Of a DNA stretch of 64,000 nt, positions 60,822 to 64,000 are shown piece after piece. Within the stretch, counting starts at the first letter, position 1, and every line of letters begins with the position of its first letter. The notes under the pieces were generated by a model. The model searched no databases. It had not been told where the DNA came from and worked only from the letters and a program-made list of their open reading frames with translations. A program made the translations under genes and the position numbers. The stretch comes from an uncultured Pseudomonadota bacterium (GTDB lineage: Bacteria; Vulcanimicrobiota; Vulcanimicrobiia; Eremiobacterales; Eremiobacteraceae): assembly GCA_963736005.1 (NCBI GenBank), contig CAVTNB010000003.1, forward strand, positions 288,001 through 352,000. The letters run 5' to 3'.

Positions 60822-61926
60822 CGTGCGCGATGGCGGCGCCTGGATACGCGAGAATGCCGTCCTCGAGCCCGATCACCCAAGAATCTGCTTGGACGCGAAC
60901 GAGGCCGTCGCCGATCGGTCGCCCCCACAGGTCGCGGAGGTTCGCCACCACTCCCTGCGCAGGTAACGTGTCGCCCGCTTGCACGCGATAATCAAGGATG
61001 CCGGCGGCCGGAGGATACGGCCCATCTTCACGGCGTAAGCGGTGCGCGGACTTGGGTCGGGGTAGCTCAGGCATCGGCTCTCGCTCTCCCGAGAGCATTC
61101 CGGCCCACCGCAGCAAGTTTCGCAAACCGATGACGGCGGCACGCGCGTTTCGCTCGTCAACAACGGTGTGCGGTCCAAGCTCCACCGTGAATGCCGGCAA
61201 CCGCAGTTCTTGTAACGCCGCTCCGGTGGTGGAGCGATGGAGTTCCCGAGCGATATATCCCCCCACGCGATATTCCATAACCACTGGAAAGCCGAACGCC
61301 GCCGCCATTTCGTCCAAGCGCTCCGATAAGGCGATCGCCGAAGCTTTCTCAGCCTCTTTGCGATACAACACGCGGTCGCGGATTGAGAAAGGGACCGAAA
61401 GTATCGATGCCGTGTGCAGATCCACATAATACGAAGCCGATTCCCGAATCGCTTCAAGCAGTCGAGCCGTCAATCGCTCGTAGACCGTCGGCTCGCGCGG
61501 TTCGCCCGTATCGCGACGCATGCCAGGAAAGGTTCGATTCGGATCGCGGTCATCGTAGTATGGATGGCGGCGGTGCGTGCGCAACCCAGACGGATTGAGC
61601 GTGGGCATGGCGACAATCGTTCCGCGCAACTCGTTGCACAACTGAGGCGTGAGCAAACGATGGATCACGGGAATCCCGCATACTTCGTTGCCGTGGATGT
61701 TGGCCGTCAGCCAAAAAACAGGCCCATCTTCTCTGCCTTGGGCTATGATCACGGCAAGCGAATCGCTGCCGCCTGTGGGGAGCGCCGGACCCTCGAAGAG
61801 CCCATAGCTCAATTGGCCTGGTTCGGCGTGGCAGGTTCCCACGGTCAACGCAGTCCGGGGCACGCTTGGTCTCCTCTTACGGGCCGACCCAGTGAACGAT
61901 GGCGACTTGCTCGTCATCGACTTCAA
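60775..61926 (-). CDS. succinylglutamate desuccinylase/aspartoacylase (M14) family
   Basis: HGNE, NP.G, D.NR.FPG, DLHT, TVELG. Start uncertain. Confidence 0.88.
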   Translation of the reverse strand: MKSMTSKSPSFTGSARKRRPSVPRTALTVGTCHAEPGQLSYGLFEGPALPTGGSDSLAVIIAQGREDGPVFWLTANIHGNEVCGIPVIHRLLTPQLCNELRGTIVAMPTLNPSGLRTHRRHPYYDDRDPNRTFPGMRRDTGEPREPTVYERLTARLLEAIRESASYYVDLHTASILSVPFSIRDRVLYRKEAEKASAIALSERLDEMAAAFGFPVVMEYRVGGYIARELHRSTTGAALQELRLPAFTVELGPHTVVDERNARAAVIGLRNLLRWAGMLSGEREPMPELPRPKSAHRLRREDGPYPPAAGILDYRVQAGDTLPAQGVVANLRDLWGRPIGDGLVRVQADSWVIGLEDGILAYPGAAIAHVAVVEDSPVVDVWPA

Positions 61927-62329
61927 CCGTCACGACCCCGGACGGGAATCGAATCTTGGTTGGGCGGCCTTCGTTCAATGTCACCGAGAGCATGGATCGC
62001 TCGATCCGCTCTCCTTGACGCGACGTTTCGCGGATGATGAGCGTGCGGCCGTCTTCGACGCCCATATAATCGTAGACAACGCTCTCGACAAACGGGGTTG
62101 TCATACGCGAGGTTGTGCTATCCATGCTGTCGGAGCGAACGTTTTCCCGCTCCTGCTGTAACTTGATGTCGATGTGCACCTCGGCAAAGAGTCGATCGCC
62201 GAGCGTCGCGCGATGGGCGCCGGCTTTTGGAAACGCGAGCGTCGGCTCCCATCTGGTCGTTCCTCGACTGCCGGTCGGCGCCGTTTCTTGCTGGCTGACT
62301 TCCGTTGTCCATCGTCTTGATCTGGGCAC
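61877..62329 (-). CDS. hypothetical protein
   Basis: ORF fills the gap between genes; no recognisable motif; start uncertain. Confidence 0.45.
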   Translation of the reverse strand: MPRSRRWTTEVSQQETAPTGSRGTTRWEPTLAFPKAGAHRATLGDRLFAEVHIDIKLQQERENVRSDSMDSTTSRMTTPFVESVVYDYMGVEDGRTLIIRETSRQGERIERSMLSVTLNEGRPTKIRFPSGVVTVEVDDEQVAIVHWVGP

Positions 62330-62413
62330 GGTACATCCCCTATTCCGTCAAGGTCACGCGAAAAGGTTGTATCCTTATAATCGGCATACATTTGCCTTAA
62401 CGGGAGACCATCT

Positions 62414-63685
62414 TTGCCTTTCCAACCCTCGTCCCTGCGCGACGGCATTTTTAACCGCACGCTCCGTGCGCTGCGGCACCGAAACTACCGGCTCTATTTT
62501 TCCGGACAAATCTTTTCCCTCATCGGTACCTGGATGCAGATTGTCGCAGTCGGCTGGCTCGTCGTCCGCATCACAAACTCGCCGTTCTTGCTCGGCGTGG
62601 TCACGGCGATGGAGACGTTACCCTCGCTCTTCTTTTCGCTGATTGCGGGCGCGGGCGCGGACCTGCTCGACAAACGCCGCGTCGCGATCGTGACCCAGAG
62701 CTTGTCCGCACTCCAGGCCTTGGCGCTGGGCGTCCTGGTTGTGACGGGCCGCGCGACCTTCTGGAACATCTTTTGGCTGGCGCTGGTTGCAGGTCTCATC
62801 AATGCACTGGATCTCCCCGTGCGGCAATCACTGATCTTCGATATTGTCGGCGCCGAGGACTTGCTCAATGCCTCCGCGCTCAACTCGGTGGTTTTCAACA
62901 TTGCGCGAATTGTCGGGCCGGCGATCGCGGCGCTCATTATCGAGCGAGCAGGTGAGGCGGCCAACTTCTTTGCCAATGCGGCGTCCTACATGTTCGTCGT
63001 GGCCGCGCTGACCGCCATGCGGACCGAGCCTCCCCAGGCCAGGGAAGGAGCTCATCTGGTCTTGCTGCGCCATGCGATGGATGGGGTGGCCGCAATCGCA
63101 CGCCACCCGCTGCTTTCGCGCATCTTTGTCGCGCTCATCGTCTACAGCATCTTTGGATTCAACTACGTGCTACTCATGCCCGTCATTGTGAAACTCGAAT
63201 TGCACCGAACTGCAGGCGCGCTTGGGTTGCTCTTGAGCAGTTTAGGGGCGGGGGCCCTGGCCGGTTCTTTAGCGCTCGCCGGGCGCGCGCGCAGCCGCTT
63301 TGAATCGCTCGTTGCGATGTCCTTTCTGTTCCCAGCTTCGGTCATTGCCTTCTCGCTTGCCAAGCAACTGGCGTTTGCAGCGATCCTTGTTGCCCTGCTG
63401 GGCTTTTGCATGGTGCAGTTTGTCGTTCGCCTGACCACGTTTTTGCAGACGGAGGCAGGGCCGCAGATTCGCGGGCGAGTTCTTGGACTTTACAACATGC
63501 TCATGATGGGGCTGGCACCACTTGGATCGCTGCAAGCCGGCGCGATTGCCGAGCGTTTCGGTGCGTCTGTCGCCCTGGGGGTCGGCGCGGACGTCTGCCT
63601 GATCGCGTCTTTTTGGTTATGGATGGGCAGGCCGAAAAAGCTCGCGGTGAGTGAAAGCGAAGCGTTGCCACTCGCCGCCCGCTAG
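62414..63685 (+). CDS. MFS transporter (DUF894/H+ antiporter-like)
   Basis: ALRHRNYRLYFSGQ..SLIGTWMQ, D.PVRQS, ALNS..FN.ARIVGPA. Confidence 0.93.
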   Translation: MPFQPSSLRDGIFNRTLRALRHRNYRLYFSGQIFSLIGTWMQIVAVGWLVVRITNSPFLLGVVTAMETLPSLFFSLIAGAGADLLDKRRVAIVTQSLSALQALALGVLVVTGRATFWNIFWLALVAGLINALDLPVRQSLIFDIVGAEDLLNASALNSVVFNIARIVGPAIAALIIERAGEAANFFANAASYMFVVAALTAMRTEPPQAREGAHLVLLRHAMDGVAAIARHPLLSRIFVALIVYSIFGFNYVLLMPVIVKLELHRTAGALGLLLSSLGAGALAGSLALAGRARSRFESLVAMSFLFPASVIAFSLAKQLAFAAILVALLGFCMVQFVVRLTTFLQTEAGPQIRGRVLGLYNMLMMGLAPLGSLQAGAIAERFGASVALGVGADVCLIASFWLWMGRPKKLAVSESEALPLAAR

Positions 63686-63692
63686 GTAAGCC

Positions 63693-64000
63693 TTAGGCCG
63701 GTTGGGCGAGGGGCGCCAACAATCGCTCGATGCGGTCGAAACCTTCGCGTAACTTTTCCATTGACGCGGCGTACGAAATCCTCACGTGGTTGGGCGAGCC
63801 AAACGCGCTGCCTGGAACGATCGCAACTCGCGCTACGTCAAGTAAAGCCATGCAGACATCATCACCACCGTTGATCACCCGATCGCCAATCGTCTTGCCG
63901 AAAAGCGCCCCTACGTTGGGGAAGACGTAGAACGCGCCCCGCGGCGTGACTTCCAAATCCAGACCCGGAATGGAGCGAACGCGGTCTATCGCATAGCGGC
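63693..64000 (-). CDS. PLP-dependent aminotransferase class I/II, C-terminal part
   Basis: P.GAFYVFP, VAIVPGSAFG...VRISYA; runs off the window end. Confidence 0.9.
   Translation of the reverse strand, partial: RYAIDRVRSIPGLDLEVTPRGAFYVFPNVGALFGKTIGDRVINGGDDVCMALLDVARVAIVPGSAFGSPNHVRISYAASMEKLREGFDRIERLLAPLAQPA

Overview
This is a GC-rich bacterial window. The gene repertoire suggests a soil Eremiobacterota/Vulcanimicrobiota-like organism, but that is inference only. It holds about 60 CDSs and no rRNA, tRNA, CRISPR array, transposase or integrase gene that I can recognise. The left ~46 kb is accessory-like: VOC, cupin and secreted proteins, a class I terpenoid synthase pair with an ABC exporter, and a TonB-dependent receptor. 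The right ~17 kb is core-like: MarR-EmrAB, a FecR/Ig-repeat surface protein, a frameshifted ETF-QO, GH125, an M14 deacylase, an MFS transporter and an aminotransferase, with GTAG-type REP palindromes. Two unannotated signals stand out. (1) A tandem array of transposase-less elements (32317-46735) is bounded by GGGGT-initiated terminal inverted repeats and separated by decaying 12-15 bp CAGA-containing target-like duplications. The best-preserved unit (43657-46721) has 45-bp TIRs (41/45) and eleven mirror-oriented CGGACGTT subterminal boxes. The architecture resembles casposon (Cas1 integrase) tandem insertions. (2) A hidden UxxC thioredoxin-fold/TPR selenoprotein candidate (31138-31722) has a SECIS-like hairpin and was missed by the ORF track.
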